Origin: Octopus sinensis
Lineage: Eukaryota
Reading direction: 5' to 3'
DNA: 64,000 nt
Assembly: GCF_006345805.1 (NCBI RefSeq)
Contig: NC_042998.1
Location: 155,682,001-155,746,000, forward strand
In this document: positions 25,703 through 39,969 of the stretch, piece after piece
How positions within the stretch are numbered: the stretch's first letter is position 1
Layout of the letters: each line of letters starts with the position of its first letter
Program-made: the position numbers and the translations under genes
The notes under the pieces: model-generated
Told to the model about the DNA's origin: nothing
Databases searched by the model: none
The model's input: the letters and a program-made list of their open reading frames with translations, nothing else

Positions 25703-26039
25703 TCTCACATAAGAAAATGTTTTAAATTCAATATTAAATATTTTTCTCCCTCAAGCAGTATTTTCTAGTTCTAAGTGGATTTTTTCTTCTTGGTTGGTTT
25801 CAGAGACTTACTGACTCCCATCTCTATTTTTTTATCACCTTTCTCCTATTTTCCTTACATTCCCTCAAATTGAAACTCATCATTGCCCATGCCTCCATTC
25901 ATGTTCACCATTCACTGCTTTCACTTTTATCCTCATTTCTACTGTCTGACACTCTTCTTTCACATTCTTGCAAACCTACCTATCAATTCAACCATCTTTA
26001 ATTCTCTGATTGTATTCTCTCTCTATCCAACTTCTTGTA

Positions 26040-26432
26040 CCTTGAAGATATGCCCTGATACCTAATTTCTGCCATCTTTTCTCCATTTCTGCCTAGGGTA
26101 GCCATGTATCTCCTCTACAGCAAGATACTGTTCCTGTCCCTCTTTCCTACTTTAGCCTCTCTACACCTAGCATAAAGAGCCTCCCTCAATATTGCATCCC
26201 CACTCTGTGTAGGGGTTTTGTCTTGTGAGTTACTTGGTGACCTCACTAGCATTTATACCGTGAAAAAGTGCCTCATACACTCCGTAATGTAGTTAGTATT
26301 AGGAAAGGCAGCTAGTTGTAGAAACCTTACCAAAACAGATGTTGGAGACCAATGCAGCTCTCAGATGTTGGACCCTATCAAACCATCCAACTCATGCCTG
26401 CATGGAATATGGATGCTAAATGATGATGATGT
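26040..26432 (+). mobile_element. Diverged RTE 3' UTR fragment
   Basis: Ends CATGC..GCATGGAA..GGATGCTAAA(TGA)n, like 19210-19258. Confidence 0.6.
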
Positions 26433-26569
26433 TATTTCTGAGAAAATTGTCTGGCCAACTGAAGGATTTGGATGAAGTACTGCAAGTTTATCAACTACTT
26501 GTTTGTATTTCATCTTCTATGGAATTTTTTTCTACTTAGTCTGAAGTGAAATGACCTCACTGATGATAT

Positions 26570-26785
26570 ATTTCTTTACTACCCACAAAGGGATAAACAC
26601 AGAGGGGACAAACAAGGACAGACAAACGGATTAAGTCGATTATATCAACCCCAGTGCGTAACTGGTACTTATTTAATCGACCCCGAAAGGATGAAAGGCA
26701 AAGTCGACATCGGCGGAATTTGAACTCAGAATGTAGCGGCAGACGAAATACCACTAAGCATTTTGCCTGGCATGCTAACGTTTCA
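26570..26785 (-). mobile_element. tRNA-derived SINE with a Nin/Deu-like central domain
   Basis: On -: B box GAGTTCAAATTCC followed by GTCGACTTTGCCTTTCATCCTTTCGGGGTCGATTAAATAAGTACCAG. Confidence 0.8.
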
Positions 26786-27694
26786 ATGACTGGTGTGAGT
26801 AAGGGAAGAAGTTATCCTTAGATGAAAATTTCAATTAAGAACATGCAATACAGTGGACACTGCTAAGAGCGTCCAAGGAACAGCTTACATTGTTAAACCC
26901 AGATAATAGATTAAATCTACTATATAAAAATAGATGCATCCCTTGATTGGGCTTCCATACAATATCCATCTGCCAAATTTCACCTGCAAAGTTTCTCAAA
27001 ACAGCCATGCTTGCATCAATGCTCACAACATCAGGTTTCCTATTTTGAATTATGTTGACTCTTTAAATATAAAATAGCTTTACCAGGAATACTATATTGC
27101 ACTACTAATTGAATTTGGATTGCCAGCCACATATTTAGTTACACACTTGGGTAAAGAAAACTTGTGCAAAAATATATTTACAGGATTCTTTAGAAAGCCA
27201 TAACTGAATGCATCAGCATAGACAAACAAACATTTTAGGTTTTCTTTTGTTACTATTTTCCTTTTCTTTTTGAAAGGCCATCTTATAACTAGGTTATTCT
27301 ACTACCTAATTTTCTGCCAAGTAGACTAAGATAGTCAGTCAGCAGACCTGAACTGCATACATACTGGATTTCTAAAGATAATCAAAGTTAATTTAAGCAT
27401 CACTATCAATAATACAGCACAGCATTATACAATGTAATACCAACCTGTCAGTCTTGATTTGAGAGATTAGCATTTTATTGAATCATTATATATTTTTGCT
27501 TTTCATAGATAATATGCAGTTTCTTTCTAATTTGGGGCTTCAAATTTCTTTACCTGGAAGACCTGTTAGTTGATTTCATATAAATCAGCAAAATTACAAA
27601 ATTTTTCTTTAAGTGAAATTTTCACAAGATCAGGATGTCATTTGTTTAATTGAATGTATTTATTTGGTTTTAATTATACTGAAATTTCTTTTTA

Positions 27695-27888
27695 TTAACT
27701 CTCTGAACATTTATTTACCCTCAGAGCAAATAGTAACGTGTTTGGATTAGAACAACCTGATGGACCGCCATGGTGTAACCGAGCAAAGTTAAGGCAATTT
27801 GGTTCAAAACATTTGTAAATATATTTATTCATGTAATTGTGGATGCACTTGGAAGAACAATATTTATCTTTTGCACATTGCTGCCAAC
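27695..27888 (-). CDS. i-type lysozyme (destabilase family), coding exon 4
   Basis: ttttcag| acceptor; WQQCAKDKYCSSKCIHNYMNKY...CLNFARLHHGGPSGC...*; AATAAA at 27664-27659. Confidence 0.93.
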
Positions 27889-28749
27889 CTGAAAAATATA
27901 ACATGAAAAATATCAGTATTATCTCTTTTCTATTTTACTTTTGTAATTTCTCTAGAATAGGTTTATTACAATGTGTAAAATATCTGGAACTATTATGGAT
28001 CATATTAGTGTGAGTTGTTCTATAGGTGTTGGCATCCAACATTGCCATGTTCTTGTCAATCTTATCTCCCACTCCTATCTCTCAGGAAATTGTAACTTAG
28101 ACACTATAAATTACTTTGTGAGAACTATTTTTTACAGAAATTTCTTTGATATTTCATTTTCAGAAGAAATGAAAAAGCATTTATCAATCACCAAGCCAAA
28201 TATTCCACACTTCTTAAACACATTGCACACTCAGAAAACTCATTATAAGATAACTACTTATTTATAAGATAAGGCAAACTGAGAAATAAAGTTATATTTT
28301 TTGTTTGGTTTCAACTGGTGGAAGCGGCTCTTCCAGTGGTTTTTGCTGGCCTCTGAAATCAGTAAAATTAATGTAGCTGCACTAGCTGCAAGAAAAACAT
28401 GTGCAGAGAGATACTTCCTGAAGAATTAGCAGTAGTGACAGAGCAGGGTCAGGAAGTAGACACAATATAGATGACAAGAAGAAAAGAGACAAGTGAATTG
28501 GGGGTGGATATGACATAAGATCAACCATTTCCAAGAAGTAGACACCACTAAAATAGCAGCTGAAAAGACAGAGAGAAGAGACAATACTTTTGTATAGCCT
28601 CAAATCAACCAAAAGTTTGTAAGTGAAATTTGATACTTGGAAAACGTGGGAACTCATCTTGTCTTTTTGGGTGGCAAACTTGATCCATTGCTGGATTCAT
28701 CACTGCTACCTACCCCATTGCTGCTTTTGAGGTCAGTATATACAAAACC

Positions 28750-29140
28750 ACATAGATCTGAAAGGCAAGGGTTATTGGGTAGTTTGATTTTGAATTCACC
28801 TAAACTTTGTTCAACAGAAATGTTACCATTTCCTACATCAGGAAGGTAACTAGCAAATTCTCTTTCATCAGAATGACCTTCTGTAAGAAGTCTTAGATTA
28901 GTTGTCAACTCCACTACTTCCACATGATCGCAAAGAAAGGATCTCTTTAGTGTTACATCAACAATTTGTGATCTAACACCATTATTTTGAAGTAGAATAT
29001 TCTCCTCTCAAGATAACCTAACCAGTCAGTCATGTGTAGCAGAAACAGAATCATGTCTACATCTCTGTGCATATTCAGGCATCTGCTTCAGTTGCTTTGC
29101 CCTGGTTTCATCTGATTCAGTTGCCTGTCTTTCTCACTGC
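28750..29140 (-). mobile_element. Internally deleted Helitron relic (PIF1-like helicase fragment joined to an N-terminal charged segment)
   Basis: GVRSQIVDVTLKRSFLCDHVEVVELTTNLRL...EREFASYL.DVGNG is a Helitron helicase motif; ERQATESDETRAKQLKQM lies upstream. Confidence 0.7.
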
Positions 29141-29752
29141 CATTGTGCCTTATTTATAAATGAAAGCTATCAAAAAACTATCGTGTTTAGTGTGCTAGAA
29201 ATAGCAGCGATCACATAGTTATTTGTAGCCATATCAACAAAATCAGTTCATTTAAAAAACAAAAATTATACCGGTATATTACAGAATTTTCATTTTATCA
29301 AAAATTTTCAGTTAACAAACTCCGGAAACTGATAATATTCTTGAAATTGTGTCTTGTATCAAAGTTATATAGCTATTATTAAAATATTATTAATGAAAAT
29401 AGAGGCAAGTGAGAATGAGAGACTGTTGCAAATAAAAACGTAAAATGTTGCCTGCAACAAATTAATAGTGTTTATTATTAAACATTAAAATCTACTCTGC
29501 TGTGAATGCAATGAATATTTAATTTTATGAAGAACTGAATGCAGTGAATGCAATGAATATTAAATTTGCAAGAATTTGGAGTTTAAAAAATTCAATAAGC
29601 TTCATAAATCAAAATTTTAGGCAATTTCTTAGAAGATGAATTTGTAAAAATATTTCCAGATGGTCAAGCTTTTAATATTGCTTTCTTCTAATACTTTTAG
29701 TAATTGTTACATACCTAATTAATAAGCAGCTTTCTCCATTACAATATAGATA

Positions 29753-31017
29753 TCAAGTTGAGTAAAAAGTAAGCAACGTTTTGAACCATGAAGAATTTGT
29801 ATGGATTTTTGTAGAGTTTTAAATTTTTCTTAAACATTTTTTTGCAATTGTCTGATAATATAGACATAGACTTGCCCAAATGCATCAATAAATTAACATT
29901 GATACAGTTTCCACTGTTGTTACAATCATCTGAAATGGAACTGTCAAAGTGCGATATTTAAGCAGTTTTGCTATTCAACTTCAAAAGTGGATGTAAAGCA
30001 GCTGAAACTGCTTGCGATATCAATGAAATGTTTGGTGAGGAAACGACCAGTAAGTGGTCAGTTCGAAAATGGTTTAAACGATTTCACAGTGGAGACCTGA
30101 GCCTTGAAGTTTGTGAGTGTAGTGGACACCCATCTGTCATCAATGACAGTCAATCAAAGACCGTCATTGAGAAAGTACCATGTAAAACAACTCGAGAACT
30201 GGCAAAAGAACTTCAAGTTGGCCAGAAAACTGCTTGCAATCATTTGTATGTGATCGGAAAATCAAAAAAGCACAACAAATGTGTACCATATAATTTGAAC
30301 GAAAATCAGAAAATGCACAGATATGAAATTTACTTGTCACTTCTATGTAACTAGACCAATCCATTTCTCAACCGTATTGTAATTTGCAATGAAAAGTAGA
30401 TTCTGTACAATAATAAAAAATGTTCTTCGCAATGCTTGGACCAAAATGAAGCACCGAAAACCTTCCCTAAACCTGAGCTCTTCAGAAAAATGGTTATTGT
30501 GATTGTTTGGTGGTGTACTGCTGGACTCATCCACTATAACTTCTTAAAACCTGGAAAAACCATTACTGCAGAAACATATTGCCATGAAATTGCCAAAATG
30601 AACAAAAAACTGCTACTCTTCCATCCCAGACTGGTCAATAGAAGAGGGCCAATCATTCTTATGGATGCTCAACCATGCATGTCACTAATGATGCTCCAGA
30701 AGTTGAGTGAACTTGGCTACAAAGTTCTTCCCCATCCAGCTTATCCCCCAGAACTTTCTCCTACTGACTACCACTTTTTCAAGCACCTTGATGGGTTCCT
30801 GAGAGAGAAGGAATTAAAAAATCAAACCGATGCTGAAAGTGCATTCAAAGAGTTTATCAGCTCCAGAACTCCAGATTGTTATGTTATCAGAATAAACAAA
30901 CTTGTAACTTGGCAAAAATGTGATGATTGTAATGGTACTTTGATGAATAAAATTTTTGCATTGTTGAAATATATTGTGATGAATTTCATGTTTCAAAACA
31001 TTGCTTACTCAGCCTGA
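29753..31017 (+). mobile_element. Full-length degenerate mariner (Hsmar1/cecropia-like DD34D transposase pseudogene)
   Basis: TA-flanked TIRs TCAAGTTGAGTAA..GCAACGTTTTGAA / TTCAAAACATTGCTTACTCAGCCTGA; HTH KAAETA..IN...W FKRF; HPAYPPELSPTDYHFFKHLD. Confidence 0.92.
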
Positions 31018-31034
31018 TATATATATATATATAT

Positions 31035-34000
31035 CATCATCATCGTTTAACGTCCGCTTTCCATGCTAGCATGGGTTGGACGGTTCAACTGGAATCTGGG
31101 AAACCCGAAAGCTGCACCAGGCCAGTCAGATCTGGCGGTGTTTCTACACCTGGATGCCAACCACTCTGTGAGTGTAGTGGGTGCTTTTTATGTGCCACCG
31201 ACACAGGTGCCAGATGAGGCTGGCGAACGGCCATGCTCGGATGGTGTTTTTTATGTGCCACCGGCACGGAGGCCAGGCGAGGCGGGCACAGCCACGATCG
31301 GATGGTGTTTGTTATGTGCCACCAGCATGGAGGCCAGTCGATGCGGTGCTGGCTACGGCCACGTTCGGAAGGCTCTCTTATGTGCCACCAGCACTGGTAC
31401 CACAAACTACAAATTCCATTGATGTGGATCGATTTCGATTTTGATTTGATTCTTTGATTTTGATTTTCACTTGCCTCAACAGGTCTTCACAAGTAGAGTT
31501 ATAAGTCCCAAGAAGGAAGGTATGCACAGGTGGACTGACTACGTCCCAGGTAGGGGCCACGGGTTATGGCCTCACTTGTCCTGCCGGGTCTACTCACGCA
31601 CAGCATACTTCCAAAGGTCTCGGTCTCTGGTCATTTCCTTGGTGAGACCTAAAGAGCAACGGTCGTGTTTCACCACCTCCTCCCAGGCTTTCCTGGGTCT
31701 ACCTCTTCCACAGGTTCCCTCAACCGCTAGGGTGTGGCACTTTTTCACACAACTATCTTCATCCATTCTTACCACGTGTCCATACTAGCGCAAACGTCTC
31801 TCTTGCACACCACATCTGATGCTTCTTAGGTTCAACTTTTCTCTCAAGGCACTCTGTCTAGTATGAACACTGACATTACACATCCATCGGAGCATACTGG
31901 CTTCGTTTCTTGTGATCTTACGCATATCCTCAGCAGTCACGGCCCATGTTTCACTGCCATGTAGCATGGCTGTTCGTACACATGCGTCATACAGTCTGCC
32001 TTTTACTCTGAGCAAGAGGCCTTTTGTCACCAGCAGAGGTAAGGCTTTTCTTACTCTAGCAGTTACACTTTCGGCACACCCACCCCCACTACTGACTTGA
32101 TCACCTAGGTAACGGAAACTATCAACTATTTCTAGTTTTTCTCCCTGGAATGACGGTCTCTGCACATTTTCAGTGTTTATTACACCAGAGCATCTGCCAC
32201 ATACAAAAACTATATTCCTAGTTAGCCTTCCTTTGACATTGCTGCACCTCTTATGTGTCCATAGCTTACACTTGGTGCATCTTATAGAGTTCCTACCTAC
32301 GCCTTTTCTACAGATCAAGCAGGGCCATCTACCTGAAGGCGTTTGAGATTTGTCTACCTTCCTACTTATTAAGACTTTGGTTTTAGCTAGATTGACTCTA
32401 AGGCCGTTCGATTCTTATCCTTGCTTCCACACCTGAAACTTCTCTTCCAGTTCTGATAGTGATTCAGCAATTAGAGCAAGGTCATCAATATAGAGGAGCT
32501 CCCAGGGGGCATCCTGTCTTGAATTCCTCCGTTATTGCCTGGAGGACTATGATAAATAGGAGGGGGGTGAGGACTGAGCCTTGGTGGACTCCAACCTCCA
32601 CCCGGAATTCTTCACTGTACTCGTTGTCAACCCTCACCTTACTAACAGCGTCCCTGTACATGGCACGCACAGCTCTCACTAACCATTCATCTATCCCTAG
32701 TTTCCTCATTGACCACCAGATAAGGGAACGGGGGACCCTGTCAAAGGCTTTCTCCAAGTCAACGCAAGCCAGATACAGAGTTTTATCTTTGGCTAGGTAT
32801 TTCTCCTGCAGCTGTCTCACCAGAAATATGGCATTGGTGGTGCTTTTCCCTGGCACGAAACCAAACTGCATCTCGTCCAGGTTGACTCTCTCTCTAATCA
32901 GTTGGGCTATGACCCTTTCCGTAACCTTCATTACCTGATCCAACAGTTTGATACCTCTGTAATTACTTGTATCTAGGGTGTCACCTTTACCTTTGTAGCA
33001 GTTGACTATTATGCTACTACACCAGTCATTGGGTATGACTCCTTCGTGTATCACCTGGTTAACTATACGGGTGACTAGGCTATAGCCGACACTGCCAGAT
33101 ATTTTGAGCATCTCAGCAGTAATTCCTGATGGGCCTGGGGCTTTCCCTGTCTTCATGCTTCTAATTGCCTTAACTACCATGGAACTGTCAACTCGGATAG
33201 CTGGTCCCTCTGTTGGGTCGACATTCGGCAGACTCTCTTTATCCCATTCATTCTCTTTGTTGAGCAACCTTTCATAGTGGCATCTCCAAACCTCTCTGCT
33301 TCCTCATTTAGCGCAAGTGAACCATCATCCATGCGAACACATTTTTCTCCTACCACGTCATGATTCTCTCTCACACACTGTCTTGCTATACGAAATACCT
33401 CAAGTCTTTGGTCCTCACGACACAGAACATTGGCAAATATTTTTCTTATCTGCTTCCCCTCTGGCTAAATATACCTGTATCCTAGCTTCTCTTTTCGCAT
33501 TCTGATACAATTCCCTATTACCGCCATTCCACCAGTCCTTCCAAGCCTGTCTCTTGTCTCTAATAGCCCTGTCTACAACATTGTTCCACCACCACGTTAC
33601 TCTGGGACGAGATGGGACTTTGCTCCATCCACAGATCTGGTCAGTGGCTCTCAGCAGATTGTCCCGTAGAAACCTCCAATTGGCTTCCACATTATGTGAT
33701 GCTATATCCCCTTCTATTTCGTCGAAAGCTTTGAGTAGGACTTCTAAATCTCCGTCCATTTGCAGGATCTTTAAGTTTCCAGACCCTTCTCCTCCGAGCT
33801 GGTCTTCTTCTGGGCAGCCATTTGGCCCTGATCCTGAAGTCGCTAACTACTAATCTATGTTGAGGAGTACATTCCTCGCCTGGAAATGTTTTGGCATTTA
33901 TAAGTAGCCCTCTTTCCCTCTTTCTGGCGAGGATGTAGTCGATCTGGCTAGTGTCTGCCAGAATGGTAGGTGACTAGGTGAGAGGTGGGTTTCCTGAAGT

Positions 34001-35415
34001 TGGTATTGCAAATCATAAGGTCATTTGCATCGCAGAACTCCAGCAGCCTGGTTCCCTCCTCATTGCGAGAACCAAAACTGTAGCCCCCGTGTATGCCATG
34101 GAAGCCCCCGACATGCCGTCCAACATGTCCATTGAAGTCACCTGCCACGAAGAGAAGGTCACTGTCATTTGTCAACGAGGTAGTCTGTAATAGGGTGTCA
34201 TAGAATTGGTCATTCTGGCCTTCTGGTAGCCCCGGCTGAGGGGCGTATGCCGAGATAATGGTTGCCGACCTATGATAAAGCACTAATCTAATCTTAAGTA
34301 TTCTGCCACATACTCTGACTACCTCGACTACCTTATCAACCCATTTCTCTGCAAGAAGTATTCCCACGCCCCTGACCCCGTCAGTGTTCCCTGCCCAGAA
34401 AATCTTGTACCTGTATTCTTTGCCTGTGAGGAACCTAGCGGAGCCTCCTCTCCACCTTACTTCTTGGATGCAGCACAAATCCACACGTCTCCGTTCAAGC
34501 AGCTCGACAATCTCACCAGACCTACCTTTCAATGTGCCAACATTGAGTGTGCCAACTCTGAGGGTGTGGGAGGTGTGGGCCTGTGGGACCCTGGGATGAG
34601 GGACAGAAGTGTCATGTACCTGAAAAGAAGACTTGCGATTGGCAGATTTCATAAAGGAACACTAGACTACAAACCTTCATACACTACAGTTTTTGCGCTA
34701 TATGATCGAATAAGCCCTACAATAGGGGTGTGGGTGAGTGTTTGCGGGAGGGGGTATGCACAAGTAGACAGAGGTACTAACTTCCGGTTTTGGTGGAGGG
34801 GGTGGGAGGGCGGGCGTACCGCGAAAGGAGCAAATGCCAAAATTTTTAGGGAATTTGGGAAGAAAGGACAACCCTGAAATAAAGGAGGAAATATAGAAAA
34901 TGCATCGTCTAAAGACAAATAGGAAGCTAGCGGCATCATGTTTACAAGAGAGAGAGATCAAAAATATAGGGAGGGAGAAGATAGAGAGATAAATAATACA
35001 GATCAACGCATAACAGTAATGAACTAGGTTAGAGTCAAAATATCTTAGCTGCACATTTCTGAAATCCGAGTTTATCATCCGAAGCAATGAGAATCGAGTA
35101 GGGGCAGAAACAGAGCAAACGCTGGTTTATATAGAGATTAGGGATTGGGGGGGGGTACGATTGGTGAGTTAGATGGTAGATCGAAGGGGGAGAGAGAGAG
35201 AGGGGAGATGCCACGAGGGAGAATTCTCTATGGCAGAGCGAGGTTCGAAATAAAAACTTAATGGAATAGGAAATGCCAGGCTGTTAAATGGGAGGAATGA
35301 ATGAGCTAAAGAGGGGTTAATTTGTGCTGACCCTACAGTAGGACCAGCAATTCAAGTTGACAGCTGCATAGTAGATAAGGTGATTAAGGACATGAAGTAA
35401 GGGTAAATCTGCAGA
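31035..35415 (-). mobile_element. Near full-length RTE-clade LINE, second copy, with a divergent 5' leader
   Basis: APE ORF 34652-33948, RT 33267-32485, C-terminus to 31590, (TGA)n tail at ~31035; highly similar to 15640-19258. Confidence 0.95.
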
Positions 35416-36134
35416 TCTATCTATCTATCTATCTATCTATCCATCCATCTACCTACCGACCTACCTACATACATACTTACCTATTTACCCATAGTATGTA
35501 TGTGAATAGATTGTTAACAAATTAGCTCCTTATAAGTTTGATTTATTTGTATACGAAGAACTGTTTGTTTTTAAACATTTTTTGTCAAAGATATGTTTAA
35601 TATCTGCTTTGACCTAAGCAAATCTTTTAATGGGAAATTCACCCCTTGAGGGTGAATTTTCAAAACTTTAAATTTTCTTTGGCATTTTTTTTTGTCATTT
35701 TCACTTAGAAAATGACTAAATCTACTACCACCACTACCAACACCAACAGCAACAACATGAATAGTAACTTTGCTTCAGTTTTGAGGCAAAGAAAACAAAT
35801 TGTTTCTTTTACACATCAACAGTTAATGGAAACAAGGCACCTTTTATCTAAGGAGGGGAACACAATAAACTTAAACACACTGCATCACATTTTAGGAAAC
35901 ATTAACAAGAAAACAATCATATACAAGACAATCAATTTGAAAACAAGAAAACTCGAAAACATGAATCAGCAAATAATTAAAAAATGTTTAAGGCTCATAT
36001 GGGCACATAAAAAATATATTATAAGGGGCAAAAGGTGTGCCACAGTCTCAGAAGAGAGGCCAGAAATTGGGGCTGAAGCCATAGCGATTCTTTGTCAACC
36101 ACTCCTGACTCTTTCCAGAGGTATTCCAATAAAC

Positions 36135-36245
36135 TGAATCCTGCTGCCACACATGGCCTTCCAGCAGCAACCATCTCATGACAGGTTTGACTATGATCTC
36201 CAACAGCTTCATATAGCTGTTTGAATAGAGCCAAAGCCCTGTTCA
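36135..36245 (-). mobile_element. Small Tc1/mariner fragment related to 48307-49180
   Basis: ATGGTTGCTGCTGGAAGGCCATGTGTGGCAGCAGGATTC resembles VAAGRPYVWQQDS. Confidence 0.5.
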
Positions 36246-36929
36246 TCAGCTGTTGGATGAATTCTGCTGTATAGACACAGTCAGAACACCTGTTGTGCCC
36301 CTCCTGCTTGTCACAGCTTTGTAGTCTCCATTACAGATGTCCATATCATATCTTACAAACTTTTGTTCACAGAGCATTGAGCATCAGTCATAATGTCAGC
36401 ATTTTTAACACCTGGCTCAAATCATCATGATACAGGTAACTGTTTTCTAATATTCAAATAGTTTCTGGTCCTCCATGTCAGTTAACGTTTTCTCAACTAC
36501 AACTTTAACCTTTATGCTCTCCAATGCTATTTACTGTTCACAAATACACCAAGCTGTTTCTGTAAAAAGGAGACGTAAAAATCGTCAATTTTATCCTGAA
36601 TGCCCTGTGTGTGTGTGTGTGTGTGTGTGTGCATGCGTGCGAGCTTGCGTGCATGTGTGCATGCATGCATGTGCATGCGTGTGTGTAAAGAATATTATTA
36701 TCAATCCAGGCAAAATATTTCTTTAGTTCTCTGCTAATACAAATACACCAGACTAACAAAAGGTTTTTTTAATTGGTACAGAACTCCTGGTAATTCTGAC
36801 TTACTAAATCCGTTTTCACTGAGTGATATATAAGAAATGGCATAAATAATGGGCATAAATAATTTCTGCATTATAGACTTACAACTGGTACTGATATGCA
36901 TTTTAGGTGCATTTATGGTTCTGTTTACT

Positions 36930-39050
36930 CAATTACTCAATTGATGGGAGCAGACCAAAACTAGACAATATAGGGAAGAAGAATAGTGTGGAATATGCTT
37001 ACTATAAGAATATGAAAGATAAATCCAAACTAGTAGTCTGGTACAATGTCCCTTTTGGGGTCCAAATTCAAACAAACATCTTGAGGAAATTCTTCATGAC
37101 CTTTGAGAAGTATTTCTCTCCATTGAGCTGATATGGGAGATCGTTTAACAAGCACTCAGTAAAGATTGTGTACACCACAACTAAGAACCTGGTTCAAGTA
37201 ATAACATCTCACAATAGTTGAACAGACTCAAGCAGAAATAAAAAGCCTAACTATGATGTTTGGAAAAATAATGTTAACAATAACAATATAAAGGATATAA
37301 GCGATAGTAATGATGATGATGATAATAATGAAAATAATGATAATTGTAAAAATAACAATGATAGTAATGGTAATGGTAGCGATACAAATAATAAGCACAC
37401 ATTGATTAAGAATGATGTTAAGGACAGCAATAGCAATAATGAGACTAAAGATAATAAAAATAATGATATCAATAATAATATTAATAGCAACAATGACAAT
37501 AAGAAGTGAAATAACAATAATAATAAGAATAGTGATACTAACTATAAAAACAGCATAAACAGAAATATTAGCAATACTTAACATGTGAATGATAATAATA
37601 AAAATACTAATAACACCAAATGTACTGAAGCCTGCAATAAATGATGATGATAAGCATGGTAATGAAAGTTATAACAGTAAGAGAAATATTAGGGATACAG
37701 ACATTGGTGATGCTGGTAGAAATTATAAAAGGAAAAGCTGAAGCTAAAAATGATAAGATTAATAATATACAAAATAGGAATAACAAAAGGTATAATAACA
37801 ACAGGAGCAGGAGCTACAACAACAACAATGGTAAGAAGAATTACAACAACAATAACAACAGAAACAATAACTACAGGATTATTATTAATAATAATAATGA
37901 TAATAATAATAATAATAAGAAGAAGAATCTTAACAATAAAAGTAATGATAAAGCAAAAATAATTGTAATTGTAGAGATTAGAATAAATGTCCATTAAATA
38001 AACAATGCCTTGAGAAGAACTGCATAAATGTTCAGTCGTTACAGATAATAATGTTTATAACTACTTAGGATGTTGCACAACGGCTTTCAAACTTTGTTTT
38101 TATAACCATCTCTCATTGTTTAGGCTTATAAATAAATAAAGCTCAGCATCACTTTATTAAGCTAATTTGGTACCTTAGGGACAACAAAACTAAATATGAT
38201 TTAGAATAGTCAGTATTAAGTGGGGTACTGTCTTACAAAGTAGGAAGATTAAGAGTCACCTTAATATTTACATCAGAGGATGACAGCATAAAATCTTCAA
38301 CAGGCATAGCATGAAATTAGTGTATGCAACATCACATATACTAGAATATTATATATATAAATTAAATAACAAAAAGCTAGAATGTGGAAACAGAAAAATG
38401 GTAGATCAAAATAGAATAAGCAGCAAAAGAATGGATAAGAAGATAAATAGTAAATACTCTATAAAAACAAACGTGGGTCCAAATAATACATCATTAACAG
38501 TGAAGTTCAAACCTGAGACAATGAGACCATAACAGTAGAAGAAAGACAAAAAGTGGCAATAATAACTCCAATAATAAGCAAAACACACAGTTAAACCCCA
38601 ATCTGCACAATATAAGTGATGATGTGGAACATGAAAACAAAACTAAAAACAACATAGCAACATGTAACCACAGACAGAGAAACGAAGGCAAATTTGAAAA
38701 CAACTGCATGAGGAGGAGTGTGATTTATAAATATGAAGTGAAGGCAAGTGCACTAAAATATGTGTACATTGGTTGGACATTGGACATGATGAAAAGCTGT
38801 CTGAGAAATCGTCTTGTGTCATTTTCGGATAAAAATAAAAGTCACTGCTCTTCCTTAGTTAACCTCTGGAGATTAAAATGAAATAAAGTGGAACACACAA
38901 CTAAGTGGTCTATGTTAAAAAACGCCAAACTATGTCTGGAGGAAACACTGGAAATTATTATCTCCAAGGAAGATGTAATTAATAGACACTCTGGAGTGGT
39001 TGTATTGTCTAGATATAAATAAAAAGAAATCTTTCTTCAGGCTGGAACAA
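36930..39050 (+). mobile_element. Degenerate Penelope-like element(s): RT thumb, Asn-rich low-complexity linker, two GIY-YIG remnants
   Basis: VWYNVPFG..TNILRKF...FNKHSVKIVY.TT.NL; CPLNKQCL...YNYLG.....FK..FYNH (~37990-38200); NCMRRSVIYKYEV...YVYIGWT...K..L.N...SF (38660-39000). Confidence 0.7.
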
Positions 39051-39969
39051 AGCATTATGAAACAAAGAAACACTAAACATCAAACCAAATGAAGTAAAGA
39101 AAAATGACCTTACATACAGCATAGGATTTACTACAAGGAAATTTTAGCATAAACATCAAGAACTCTGGCATAAGCCGTGCTGTAAATGCTTATTATTATG
39201 TAATTGGACATACAAGGAAAATAATACTAGATGAATATATTGGCTCTACAGAAAAACTAACACCATCAATGAACATCACTAACAAATAACATGCCCCTTT
39301 AAGGAACAATATTTGACTGTACAGTAGGTGACGCTGTGAAATACTTAATGATACCAACATAATATTATTCTCCACCTTAACTGGCACTGAAGCAGAAATC
39401 CTGAATTGATAACATCTATACAAAAAATTTGCTCCCTTGTTATTACAGCTTGTAAAATCATTAATGTAGCAGCCTGCTGAGGTTGAGGTTAAATCACTCC
39501 CCACCTCACAACACATATACACTAAAATAAAAACATTATTGTCTTCTTTTCCTTCTCTTATTTATTCTTTCTCTCTTTTCTTTTTCCTATCTGAACACAC
39601 CTACTTGCACGAATCTAGATACAAAGCAAAATGCTGCCTATATTCTCCCTCCCGTATTGTTTCTATATATCAATCTAAGACAAAATATATAAGATTCACA
39701 GGTATCACCCATAAACCTCACAGAACTTTCTGATTGTGTAAATTGGTAAATATCCCTTAGTTAAACATTCAGTACAACTAGAACGCTAATGTAATTTTTG
39801 CTTGAAGAAGCAAATACATGTAATAATGGCTCCGTGGATATTGAAAATCATATCTGTAGTGTCCTATGGATGGGCAATGCAGCCACTAAAAAACATGTGC
39901 TTTGGGGAAACGTACACAGCAATGCATTAAAATATTTATGAATTTCCATCCAAAAGTTCTCATTATTAC

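Noticed and set aside
36280-36400. Kolobok-like transposase motif (RYDMDICNGDYK) on the minus strand
   Set aside because: Too short and degenerate to support without a profile search.
37228-37997. Hydrophobic or Asn-rich ORFs as host genes
   Set aside because: Low-complexity AAT repeats inside a PLE relic.
39196-39522. Cys-rich ORF as a lysozyme exon
   Set aside because: No i-type motifs, and the four identified exons already give a complete in-phase protein.
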